Source of the DNA: an uncultured Candidatus Saccharimonas sp.
Lineage (GTDB): Bacteria; Patescibacteriota; Saccharimonadia; Saccharimonadales; AQU-01
NCBI GenBank assembly: GCA_943358095.1
Contig: CALRGT010000006.1
Location: 1-47,419, forward strand
Direction of reading: 5' to 3'
DNA length: 47,419 nucleotides
Part shown: piece by piece, positions 38,754 to 47,419 of the stretch
Numbering within the stretch: the stretch's first letter is position 1
How the letters are laid out: each line of letters begins with the position of its first letter
Made by a program: the position numbers and the translations under genes
Notes under the pieces: generated by a model
Database searches by the model: none
What the model saw: only the letters and a program-made list of their open reading frames with translations
What the model was told of the DNA's origin: nothing

Positions 38754-41567
38754 ATGAGCGATTTTATTACAGTTAAAGGAGCCCGAGAACACAACCTCAA
38801 GAATATTGATGTCTCTATTCCGCGGGGTAAGTTAGTCGTAATTACTGGATTATCTGGTTCTGGCAAATCGTCGCTAGCATTTGACACTATTTATGCTGAA
38901 GGTCAGCGTCGCTATGTAGAATCACTTAGTTCTTATGCGCGTCAATTTCTGGGACTTATGGAAAAGCCTGATGTTGATCAAATCGACGGCTTAAGTCCTG
39001 CTATCAGCATCGACCAAAAATCTACAAGCCGAAACCCTAGATCAACAGTAGCTACAGTTACAGAAATTTACGATTACCTAAGGTTGCTATTTGCACGTGT
39101 TGGCATACCTCATTGTCCTACTTGTGGTAAGCCCGTCGAAAGACAAACTTCTACGGCAATAGTTGATCAAATTGCTGGACTAAATGTTGACGCCAGATTA
39201 ATGATATTGGCGCCAGTAGTAGCCGACAAAAAAGGTGCCTTTGAGCATGTTCCAGAGCAATACATGCGCGCAGGATTTGCTCGTGCTAGAGTTGATGGCG
39301 TTGTATATTCGCTTGATGAATTCCCAGAACTTGATAAAAGTTATAAGCACACTATTGAGATAGTTATTGATCGATTAGTTAATAATGCAGATAGCAAAAA
39401 TCGTTTAGTTCAGAGCGTAGAGCAAGCTTTAGAAATAGCTGACGGTAAAGTTAAAGTTATGGATGCCGATACTAACGACGAGCATATCTATAGTTTGATG
39501 TACGCCTGCATAGACCATCCTGCGATTGCAATACCTGAATTAGAGCCGCGAACATTTAGTTTTAATAGTCCACACGGTGCCTGTGCTGTTTGTACCGGTC
39601 TTGGATCACGGATGGAAGTTGACCCAGAGCTAGTCATGCCAAACGGTCGACTTACAATTGCCGAAGGCGCTATTCGTCCATTTAATCGCATAAATACTGA
39701 TGCTTGGTATACCAAAAAACTACAAGCGCTAGCCGACAGTTATGGCTTCAGTTTGCATGTTCCAACTAGCGAGATTTCTGCAGCTAATATCGAGAAGATT
39801 ATGTATGGTACGGGTGATCAAAAATATAAAATTGCGCTAGCACCGGGCCGTAATTTTGAGACTACTTATGAAGGCGTCGTGCCAAACTTAGAGCGACGCC
39901 ATAAAGACACAGAGAGCGACTTTATGCGTCGTGATATTGAGCGATTTATGCAGGAACGTCCGTGTCATGCTTGTGACGGATTAAGACTTAAGCCAGAAAT
40001 TTTGGCAGTAACTGTGGCTTCCATGTCTATCATGGATATTTGTAATTTGTCTATTGATGATGCTGTTAAGTTCTTTAAAGATATTAAATTAAATGCAAAA
40101 GACACGCAGATATCAGTTCAGATTCTAAAAGAAATTTTGGCGCGTCTAACGTTTTTGCAAGACGTTGGGCTAAATTATCTTAACTTGCTGCGCAGTGCAG
40201 TTACACTATCGGGTGGCGAAGCTCAGCGTATTCGGCTAGCTACTCAGATTGGGTCTGGCTTGATGGGTGTGCTTTATGTACTTGATGAGCCGTCCATTGG
40301 ACTGCATCAACGAGATAACTCACGCTTGATAAATACATTGAAGCACCTGCGTGATATTGGTAACAGTGTAATTGTAGTCGAGCACGACGAGGATACTATT
40401 CGCACTGCAGATTATCTGCTAGATATTGGTCCAGGTGCAGGTATTCATGGTGGGCATGTTGTTGCAAGCGGCTCGCCCGAAGAAGTTGCAAATAATCCCA
40501 AAAGTATCACTGGTCAATATTTGAGAGGCGTAAAAAAAATAGCAGTTCCAAAACGCCGTCGAAAAGGTAATGGCAAGAGCCTTGCTATTAAAGGTGCGCG
40601 CGAAAATAATCTAAAAAATATAGATGTTACTATTCCACTCGGTCAGTTAGTTGTAGTTAGTGGTGTGTCTGGTTCTGGAAAATCTAGTCTGATTAATGAT
40701 ATTTTAGCAAAAGAATTATCGGCTCGATTGATGCGTACTAGCAGTGTGCCAGGGCGACACGATAACATTGAAGGCATAGAGCATCTTGATAAAGTTATTA
40801 TAATCGACCAGTCACCTATCGGTAGAACACCTCGCTCAAACCCAGCAACCTACACAGGATTATTTACTCCTATTCGTGAACTTTTTGCATCGACTCCAGA
40901 AGCTAAATTACGAGGCTATAGTGCTGGTCGTTTTAGTTTTAATGTTCGCGGTGGTCGCTGCGAGAATTGTTCTGGTGATGGAATTATCAAAATTGAAATG
41001 CACTTCTTGCCAGATGTTTATGTGCCGTGTGAGGTTTGTAAAGGCAAGAGATACAACCGCGAAGCTTTGGAAATACACTTCAAAGGCAAATCGATAAGCG
41101 ATATTCTTGAAATGAACTGTGAAGAAGCTTTAGAATTTTTTGCAAATATTCCTTCAATTGCGCGGAAACTTCAAACTATGGTAGAAGTTGGCCTGGGCTA
41201 TATTGCTCTAGGGCAGCCGGCTACAACACTTTCTGGCGGTGAAGCTCAAAGAATCAAATTAGCTACCGAACTTTCACGAAGACCTACAGGTAGAACTCTT
41301 TATATCCTAGACGAGCCAACCACTGGATTGCACATGGCAGACGTAGATAAGTTGCTAGGTGTGTTGCACGCGTTAGTAGATACTGGCAATAGCATGATTG
41401 TTATAGAGCACAACCTAGATGTCATAAAGTCAGCAGATCATATTATTGACATGGGGCCTGAGGGTGGAGCTGGTGGAGGTATAATAATCGCCCAAGGTAC
41501 GCCAGAACACATAGCTAAAGTTAAAGCCTCATACACCGGACATTATCTGAAAGAACACTTAGCTTAG
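38754..41567 (+). CDS. uvrA: Excinuclease ABC subunit A
   Basis: Two ABC modules ([24 protein letters not shown] twice), zinc fingers, EGQRRYVES. Confidence 0.99.
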   Translation: MSDFITVKGAREHNLKNIDVSIPRGKLVVITGLSGSGKSSLAFDTIYAEGQRRYVESLSSYARQFLGLMEKPDVDQIDGLSPAISIDQKSTSRNPRSTVATVTEIYDYLRLLFARVGIPHCPTCGKPVERQTSTAIVDQIAGLNVDARLMILAPVVADKKGAFEHVPEQYMRAGFARARVDGVVYSLDEFPELDKSYKHTIEIVIDRLVNNADSKNRLVQSVEQALEIADGKVKVMDADTNDEHIYSLMYACIDHPAIAIPELEPRTFSFNSPHGACAVCTGLGSRMEVDPELVMPNGRLTIAEGAIRPFNRINTDAWYTKKLQALADSYGFSLHVPTSEISAANIEKIMYGTGDQKYKIALAPGRNFETTYEGVVPNLERRHKDTESDFMRRDIERFMQERPCHACDGLRLKPEILAVTVASMSIMDICNLSIDDAVKFFKDIKLNAKDTQISVQILKEILARLTFLQDVGLNYLNLLRSAVTLSGGEAQRIRLATQIGSGLMGVLYVLDEPSIGLHQRDNSRLINTLKHLRDIGNSVIVVEHDEDTIRTADYLLDIGPGAGIHGGHVVASGSPEEVANNPKSITGQYLRGVKKIAVPKRRRKGNGKSLAIKGARENNLKNIDVTIPLGQLVVVSGVSGSGKSSLINDILAKELSARLMRTSSVPGRHDNIEGIEHLDKVIIIDQSPIGRTPRSNPATYTGLFTPIRELFASTPEAKLRGYSAGRFSFNVRGGRCENCSGDGIIKIEMHFLPDVYVPCEVCKGKRYNREALEIHFKGKSISDILEMNCEEALEFFANIPSIARKLQTMVEVGLGYIALGQPATTLSGGEAQRIKLATELSRRPTGRTLYILDEPTTGLHMADVDKLLGVLHALVDTGNSMIVIEHNLDVIKSADHIIDMGPEGGAGGGIIIAQGTPEHIAKVKASYTGHYLKEHLA

Positions 41568-42178
41568 TCTTGTTTTTTGCTGCGTAGTTTACGATTTATG
41601 AGTTCTTTGCCGACATGATAAAGAGTCGGCCCTATTGTAACTGCCGACGCGAAAAGAACTACAGGCATAATGTATTTATCAATATGAGGGATTCTGCTGC
41701 CTAGCCAAAAACCAAGTAGAATCATTGTAACGCACCACAAGAGCGCACCAATTATATTGTAGGTCAAAAATTTTATACGAGGCATCTTGCCAACACCAGC
41801 AACTACTGATGAAAAAGTTCTAACTATTGGTATAAAACGAGCAAGAACTATAGTTTTGCCGCCATGCTTTTCGTAAAAATCAGAAGCTCTTGTGATGTAT
41901 TCTTCGCGAAATAAAATGCCGTCTTTTTTGCGAAAAATTTTGCTACCAGTTCGTGATCCTATCTCGTAACCAACTTCGTTGCCGATAATTGCCGACATTG
42001 TAACTACAAATAAAAGCGCTGGAAGAGGTAGTTCGCCTTGGGCGGCAAAGAACCCCGCAGCGAATAGTAGAGTGTCACCCGGCAAGAAGAAACCAAGCAA
42101 TAATCCAGTTTCAGCAAATATTATTAAACCTATTAGTAATATGCCGCCGCTTTCAATTATGTGTTGTACTTCAAACAT
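41564..42178 (-). CDS. DedA/VTT family membrane protein
   Basis: [19 protein letters not shown]-x2-[14 protein letters not shown]-x2-YN-x2-GA-x2-W. Confidence 0.95.
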   Translation of the reverse strand: MFEVQHIIESGGILLIGLIIFAETGLLLGFFLPGDTLLFAAGFFAAQGELPLPALLFVVTMSAIIGNEVGYEIGSRTGSKIFRKKDGILFREEYITRASDFYEKHGGKTIVLARFIPIVRTFSSVVAGVGKMPRIKFLTYNIIGALLWCVTMILLGFWLGSRIPHIDKYIMPVVLFASAVTIGPTLYHVGKELINRKLRSKKQD

Positions 42179-42257
42179 TTATACTAATTCTATCACATAC
42201 CCCTTATCAGAGCAGACATTTTAGTGTATACTGTTACGAAAGTGTTAAGGAGTTAAT

Positions 42258-42911
42258 GTGAGCGGACAAGATATTTCGTTATTAGTTGCAGAGCGAACCG
42301 TAGAAGGCAAAGCCGTAAAAGGCCTAAGAAAGACAGGAATTATTCCTGCAGTTATTCATGACCACGGTCAAGAATCTAAAATTATTCAGGCCCCTTATTC
42401 TGATATTTGGAAGGCCTACCAGCAAGCTGGCAAGCACCACCCAGTAACATTGAGCTTGGGTTCTAAAAAAATCATGACAATTATTAAAGATATCGATATT
42501 GACCCAAAAAAGCATGAACTACGACACGTCGTTTTCAACGCAATCAAAATGGACGAAAAAGTTGAGACTGAAGTTCCTGTGCATTTAGTTGGAGAAATTC
42601 CAGCCGAAAGAGCCAGCCTATTAGTTATTCGTCAGCTTGACCACGTTGTTATTGAGGCGTTACCTAAAGATTTGATCGACTCACTTGAAGTAGATGCTAG
42701 TAAACTAGTAGAAATCGGCGACAAGATCTTTGTAAGCGACATAGTTGTCCCAGCCGGCGTAACTATTTTGACCGAAGTTGAACACCCTATTGCTACTGTA
42801 GAAGAAAGCAAGGCTCAGATGTCAGAAGAAGCAGCCGAAGAAGCTAGCGAAGAATCTGCTGAAGTTCCTTCTGACCATGGTTCTGCTGAACCAGCAACTC
42901 CAACAGAATAA
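42258..42911 (+). CDS. rplY: 50S ribosomal protein L25/Ctc (long form)
   Basis: R-x3-GK-x4-LRK-x-G-x-IPAVI, H-x2-F, EVPV-x-L-x-GE, acidic tail; SD AAGGAG before GTG. Confidence 0.93.
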   Translation: MSGQDISLLVAERTVEGKAVKGLRKTGIIPAVIHDHGQESKIIQAPYSDIWKAYQQAGKHHPVTLSLGSKKIMTIIKDIDIDPKKHELRHVVFNAIKMDEKVETEVPVHLVGEIPAERASLLVIRQLDHVVIEALPKDLIDSLEVDASKLVEIGDKIFVSDIVVPAGVTILTEVEHPIATVEESKAQMSEEAAEEASEESAEVPSDHGSAEPATPTE

Positions 42912-42918
42912 GCAACTC

Positions 42919-44697
42919 TTATTCTTGTATGAATCCACCACTTTGGTGAGACCAAAGTTTGGCGTATAGACCATTCTTTGCGATAAGATTTTTGTGGGAC
43001 CCTTCCTCAACTATCTTGCCGTCATCCAGCACAATGATGCGATCCATTTTTTGTATCGTACTTAGTCGGTGAGCAATAACTACAGTAGTTTTACCCTCCA
43101 TTAATTTCCACAAAGCATCTTGAATCAATACTTCACTTTCGCTGTCTAGGGCGCTAGTAGCTTCATCCAATATAAGAATAGGTGCGTCCTTAATGAATGC
43201 TCGAGCAATTGCAATGCGTTGTTTCTGGCCACCACTGAGTTTGATCCCTCGCTCACCAACCAAGGTCTTATATCCGTTAGACAATTTAGCTATGAATTCG
43301 TCAGCATGTGCCTTGCGTGCGGCGATGTCTATCATTTCTTGGCTTACATTGTCAGTTCCGTAACTAATGTTTTCTGTTAGAGTTCTATGAAATAGTAGCG
43401 GCTCCTGAGGCACGTAACTGATGGAGCGCCGCAAATCAGCTTGAGTCATGTCGGTAATATTGCGACCATCTATTTCTATGCTTCCAGATTGTATATCCAT
43501 AAAGCGTAGCAATAATTTTGTAATACTAGTCTTGCCGCCACCGCTTGGTCCGACTAGGCCAATTTTTTCTCCAGCTTTAATATTTAGAGTGAAGTCTTTG
43601 AACAGGCTATGATCGATATTAGTTTCCGGGTACCAGAAAGTTATTTTATTAATAGACAGTTCACCGTTTGTGGCTTTGAATGGTTTGACGCCTGGCTTGT
43701 CGGATATTTCTGGTTTTAGTTGGAGTATTTCGGACATATCGGTAGAGTCACCAAAAACGCGTGTGAAATTTCGAAAGTTTCCACCAAGATCCCATAATCT
43801 TTTTAATATGGAAGTAGTGTAGTTTAATGAAAGATAAATTATGCCTATTTGTATTTTGCCTTGTACGGCTAGGCTAGCAGACAATATCAGCACTATCACA
43901 TTAATGCTGCGCTGAATTGAGCCTGTGACTAACTCGTGGTTCATATTTATAGTCATAGTTTCAGTAGATCGCTGGTGAACCTCGTTGGATCTTTGACTCA
44001 TTCTTTGTCGTTCAAAGTTTTCGCTAGCAAATGATTTAATGGCCAAGATATTCGTAAAACTGTCGGCTAATTGACCGGTACGTTTGGTCTCTGCCTCTGC
44101 CCAGCGACGATTGTACGGCACTTGGTGTCGACGGTACAGCCATACAATTGGTGTGTATATAGCACTTATAACTAAAATTGCTATTGCGACTTGAGGTACG
44201 CGAGGCAGAAGTATTACAGTCGTAAATGTCAAAGACACAAGAAGCTTGAACACGTTCCAGGTTAATGGGTCTGTAAGTCTCTCGAAAGAACCAATGAACT
44301 TATTACTCTGGCTCACAAGAGAACCAGCAAATCTATCAGAATAGAAACGGTAGCTCATATTAGTGAGATGATTAAATACTGTAGTGTTGAGGTCGCGCAT
44401 AATAGCATCTTGGGTGCGCCAAAATCGTCTAACTACTTGGTTCCACATCAGTAGTGCAAATAACTCCAAGCCGATAATTATTAATAAAGTAGGCATGAGT
44501 TTGGCTATGGTTAATTCGGCAGTATGGCCTTGGGCTAATTTTGTTAGGATGCCACTAATAAGCAACGGCGACAGCATGTCTTCTGCTAGCTGAGCCAGAA
44601 CCATGCTTGGATATATAATCGCCATGTCGCGTTTATATTTACGGGCGTGTTGCCAGTAGATATGCAGAGTGTTACGATTTGTTGACATTTTTTTCAT
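42919..44697 (-). CDS. ABC exporter, fused permease and ATP-binding domains (MsbA/MdlB-like)
   Basis: About 6 TMs, GPSGGGKT, VPQE, LSGGQKQR, LILDEATSALD, AHRLST. Confidence 0.95.
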   Translation of the reverse strand: MKKMSTNRNTLHIYWQHARKYKRDMAIIYPSMVLAQLAEDMLSPLLISGILTKLAQGHTAELTIAKLMPTLLIIIGLELFALLMWNQVVRRFWRTQDAIMRDLNTTVFNHLTNMSYRFYSDRFAGSLVSQSNKFIGSFERLTDPLTWNVFKLLVSLTFTTVILLPRVPQVAIAILVISAIYTPIVWLYRRHQVPYNRRWAEAETKRTGQLADSFTNILAIKSFASENFERQRMSQRSNEVHQRSTETMTINMNHELVTGSIQRSINVIVLILSASLAVQGKIQIGIIYLSLNYTTSILKRLWDLGGNFRNFTRVFGDSTDMSEILQLKPEISDKPGVKPFKATNGELSINKITFWYPETNIDHSLFKDFTLNIKAGEKIGLVGPSGGGKTSITKLLLRFMDIQSGSIEIDGRNITDMTQADLRRSISYVPQEPLLFHRTLTENISYGTDNVSQEMIDIAARKAHADEFIAKLSNGYKTLVGERGIKLSGGQKQRIAIARAFIKDAPILILDEATSALDSESEVLIQDALWKLMEGKTTVVIAHRLSTIQKMDRIIVLDDGKIVEEGSHKNLIAKNGLYAKLWSHQSGGFIQE

Positions 44698-44764
44698 AGC
44701 TTACCGCTCCCTTTGGGCGGCTGCTTAATATATAGGTATTTGCGTAAGTTTTTAGTTTTTTGGC

Positions 44765-44812
44765 TTAGAGCCCGCAAGAATGAGGACGCATAGGTGATTG
44801 TGATCTGTACAT
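44765..44812 (-). CDS. Putative leader peptide MYRSQSPMRPHSCGL of the ABC exporter
   Basis: 15-codon ORF preceded by AAAGGAAAGGA, between a TATAAT (44851-44856, minus strand) and the ABC gene. Confidence 0.45.
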   Translation of the reverse strand: MYRSQSPMRPHSCGL

Positions 44813-44905
44813 TTTTTTTGCGTCCTTTCCTTTACGTAATAGTAGTGCTTATTATACACCACCTGTCAACAGATAGCCATAATCTGTTATAATAGAGCTA
44901 TAATT

Positions 44906-45757
44906 ATGGAAAAAATCATACTATATTATATCTTTGTGCCGATTGCCGATCCGACGACTGTTATGTTCTGGCAAAAAGCTTTATGTGAAAAGTTGGGCCT
45001 TAAAGGTCGGATTCTAATTAGTGGCAAGGGAATTAACGGTACATTAGGCGGTAATCTAAAGTCACTAAAGGCCTATAGAAAAATCATGAACGAACATCCA
45101 TTGTTTTCTAAAATTGTCTATAAATGGAGTGACGGTAAGGCAGATGACTTTCCGAAACTAAGCATTAAAGTAAAATCCGAAACTGTGACGCTAGGTTGGG
45201 AACCAAATGTAACAACCGATGGCGTGATTGGTGGCGGTAAGCACTTAAAGCCCGAGCAAGTACATGAACTTGTAAAAGATTTTGGTGACGATGTAGTATT
45301 TTTTGATGGTCGTAATAAATATGAAGCACAGATAGGTAAGTTTAAAAACGCTGTCGTCCCTGATGTTAATTCTTTCAAAGAATATATAGCTGAACTCGAT
45401 AAGCCAGAATACGACGAAATTAAGAAAAAGAAGGTTGTGACTTATTGTACTGGCGGCATACGCTGCGAAACATTGTCTGCACTGATGATCGAAAAAGGCT
45501 TTGAGGACGTTTATCAAATTGATGGCGGAATTGTTAAGTATGGCGAAAAATTTGCCGACGAAGGTTATTGGGAAGGCAAATTGTTCGTTTTTGATAAACG
45601 TATGAAACTTGCATTTAGTGATAAGTCTAAGGACATTGCAGTATGCGAAGTTTGCGGAATAAATACCAGCCATCAAGTTAATAGTACGAATATTCGTCGA
45701 CGCCTTCATATCGTTTGCGAAAATTGTACTTCCAAAAACTTAGTTTTTGCGGAGTAA
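44906..45757 (+). CDS. trhO: Rhodanese-domain tRNA U34 hydroxylase TrhO (UPF0176/YceA)
   Basis: LKGRI-x4-GINGT, F-x2-L-x-IKVK, D-x-RN-x-YE-x2-IG-x-F, YCTGGIRCE, GGI-x2-Y, G-x2-FVFD-x-R. Confidence 0.9.
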   Translation: MEKIILYYIFVPIADPTTVMFWQKALCEKLGLKGRILISGKGINGTLGGNLKSLKAYRKIMNEHPLFSKIVYKWSDGKADDFPKLSIKVKSETVTLGWEPNVTTDGVIGGGKHLKPEQVHELVKDFGDDVVFFDGRNKYEAQIGKFKNAVVPDVNSFKEYIAELDKPEYDEIKKKKVVTYCTGGIRCETLSALMIEKGFEDVYQIDGGIVKYGEKFADEGYWEGKLFVFDKRMKLAFSDKSKDIAVCEVCGINTSHQVNSTNIRRRLHIVCENCTSKNLVFAE

Positions 45758-45758
45758 C

Positions 45759-47339
45759 GTGAACGCTGATTTTAAAGAAAAATTAAAGTTATTACCCAAA
45801 ACTCCAGGCGTATATTTTCATAAAAATGTTGCTGGAGAGATTATTTATGTTGGCAAAGCTGCGGTTTTAAGTAATCGTGTTCGTCAATATTTCCAAAAAA
45901 GTCGAACGCGTGACGCCAAGACAGAAGCGTTGGTAGCAGAAATTGCTGATACAGATTGGATGGAAGTTGAGAGTGAGCTCGAAGCGTTATTTCTTGAAGC
46001 AGAGATGGTACGTCGCTACATGCCTCGCTACAATATTCTTCTGCGCGACGACAAATCACTTAGCTATATACGTATAGATTACGACAGTGATTATCCTACG
46101 GTAACTATCACCCGGCGCCCATTAGACGATGGCGCAAAATACTTTGGGCCTTATTTTAATTCGTTGTCTGTTCGCCAGGCGTTAAAATATTTGCGTAGAG
46201 TCTTCCCATTCGCAACCAGTAAATCTGTAGGGCAAAAACGAGCAAATTTGCACTATCATTTAGGACTGGATCCAGGACTCGAGGAGGGTCGAACTAGTAT
46301 TAATGAGTACAGATCTAACTTGCGTGGATTGATTAGTTATATTGAAGGTCATAAAGACAAGCTAATAAAATCTTTAGAGCGCGACATGACAAAACAAGCA
46401 AAAAACGCACAATTCGAAGAAGCTGCTAAAACTCGTAATCGTTTGTATGCATTAAAGAATTTAAACAAGCAAGTAGTATTTAGTGACAAAGAGTTCATGG
46501 ATATTAGTAAGGATCATGCACTCAACGAGCTCGTCAACTTGCTGGAGCTAGACAAATTTCCTCGTAGAATTGAAGGTTACGATATAAGTCATATGAGTGG
46601 TACTGATGTCGTAGCTAGTATGGTCGTGTTTACTAATGGCGTTAGCGACAAAGATGAATACCGAAAATTCAAAACTCGAATTGACCAAAATAATGACTTT
46701 TATAATATGAACGAAACGATCAGCCGCCGCCTGTCTTTGCAAGGTCAGACCTTGCAACCTGCGCTAGGAAAGTCCTCTCACAAATCCAAGAATGCCTGGA
46801 AGTTAAAATTACCAGATTTGGTTCTAATTGATGGAGGCAAAGGTCAACTGGAAGCTGCAATTAAAGCGAGAGACATCGTCGGACAAAGTGACTTAAAATT
46901 TATTGGTTTAGCTAAACGCGAAGAACAAATCGTTATACAAAAACCTAAACTAAAAGGTCAAATCGAACATCCGGGTAGTAATGTTACGGTCAATCAGACT
47001 GCGTTAAAGAAGTTGAACGGTTATGTCACCGAAACAGAAGATTTTATATTAATTAATTTATCCCACAGAACAAACTTAATTAAATTACTGCAAAGAATTC
47101 GCGACGAGAGCCATAGATTTGCCGTTAGTTACCACTCGACACTAAAAAGAGGACGACAAACTGCGAGTGTTCTTGATGACATTCCAGGATTTGGTCCAGT
47201 AACACGCAAAAAATTATTAAAAACTTTTGGCTCTATTAAGATGCTTGGACTTGCCGATAGAGCGGAGATTGAGAAAATAATTGGAATTAAAAAAACCGAG
47301 CTGTTATTAGCCAATCTGCCAGAGCCTAAATCCAAGTAA
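45759..47339 (+). CDS. uvrC: Excinuclease ABC subunit C
   Basis: GIY-YIG domain (PGVY...IYVGKA...RVRQYF), UVR motif FEEAA-x2-R, RIEGYDISH, IDGGKGQL, GLAKREE, RDESHRFA, HhH. GTG 45759 follows GGAG. Confidence 0.97.
   Translation: MNADFKEKLKLLPKTPGVYFHKNVAGEIIYVGKAAVLSNRVRQYFQKSRTRDAKTEALVAEIADTDWMEVESELEALFLEAEMVRRYMPRYNILLRDDKSLSYIRIDYDSDYPTVTITRRPLDDGAKYFGPYFNSLSVRQALKYLRRVFPFATSKSVGQKRANLHYHLGLDPGLEEGRTSINEYRSNLRGLISYIEGHKDKLIKSLERDMTKQAKNAQFEEAAKTRNRLYALKNLNKQVVFSDKEFMDISKDHALNELVNLLELDKFPRRIEGYDISHMSGTDVVASMVVFTNGVSDKDEYRKFKTRIDQNNDFYNMNETISRRLSLQGQTLQPALGKSSHKSKNAWKLKLPDLVLIDGGKGQLEAAIKARDIVGQSDLKFIGLAKREEQIVIQKPKLKGQIEHPGSNVTVNQTALKKLNGYVTETEDFILINLSHRTNLIKLLQRIRDESHRFAVSYHSTLKRGRQTASVLDDIPGFGPVTRKKLLKTFGSIKMLGLADRAEIEKIIGIKKTELLLANLPEPKSK
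46737..46757. repeat. Palindrome TTGCAAGGTC-A-GACCTTGCAA inside an insertion in uvrC
   Basis: Perfect 10-bp arms around one central base; translates as LQGQTLQ. Confidence 0.75.
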
Positions 47340-47349
47340 AACGTGTACT

Positions 47350-47366
47350 GCAGGGAGTCTCCCTGC
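47350..47366. repeat. Palindrome GCAGGGAG-T-CTCCCTGC after uvrC (may double as terminator)
   Basis: Perfect 8-bp arms around one central base, followed by TATATTTTTT. Confidence 0.65.
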
Positions 47367-47419
47367 TATATTTTTTGTGGGTGAGTTGGGGTGGGAGTTG
47401 CATCATCGGGTAATTCGAG

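Noticed and set aside
41564-42919. Convergent gene ends without terminators (uvrA/dedA overlap; rplY/ABC 7-bp gap) as antisense regulation
   Set aside because: Adequately explained by genome compaction; no further evidence.
44851-44869. Perfect TTGACA and TATAAT pair on the minus strand
   Set aside because: The spacer is only 7 bp, so they cannot be one promoter; only the -10 is used as evidence.
46930-47060. Second long insertion in UvrC after GLAKREE as an intein or mobile element
   Set aside because: About 35 aa, with no intein terminal residues and no repeat or palindrome seen; more likely a lineage-specific loop.

Overview
A compact, almost entirely + strand, AT-rich bacterial core-genome segment read in standard code 11 (TGA used as stop). 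Gene content and protein style suggest a CPR/Patescibacteria organism, most likely Saccharibacteria (inference from recall, no search run). It carries glycolysis genes (pyk, pgk, tpiA), DNA repair genes (pcrA, sbcB, uvrA, uvrC), translation and tRNA genes (rsmA, metG, short alaS, mnmA, iscS, trhO, obgE, rplY), a tmRNA, a MarR-MFS pair and four peptidoglycan-active enzymes. Two loci stand out. (1) 17936-23113 is a strongly diverged F1-like ATPase operon (b-like, delta-like, alpha, gamma, beta, truncated epsilon) with no a or c subunit. (2) 29096-35044 encodes an orphan FtsA-like actin ATPase next to a membrane-spanning protein with a STAS-like cytoplasmic domain and a baseplate-J-like outer domain, followed by ruvX, mltG and a LysM-CHAP hydrolase that seems to have a structured leader and an ATT start. 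Smaller signals: a tmRNA with a U discriminator, GGCGGUA T-loop and 26-residue tag; short palindromes in-frame inside mnmA and uvrC; heptamer tandem repeats; a leader-peptide attenuator before an ABC exporter; and widespread leaderless-type promoters. No CRISPR, tRNA, rRNA, transposase or integrase was seen.
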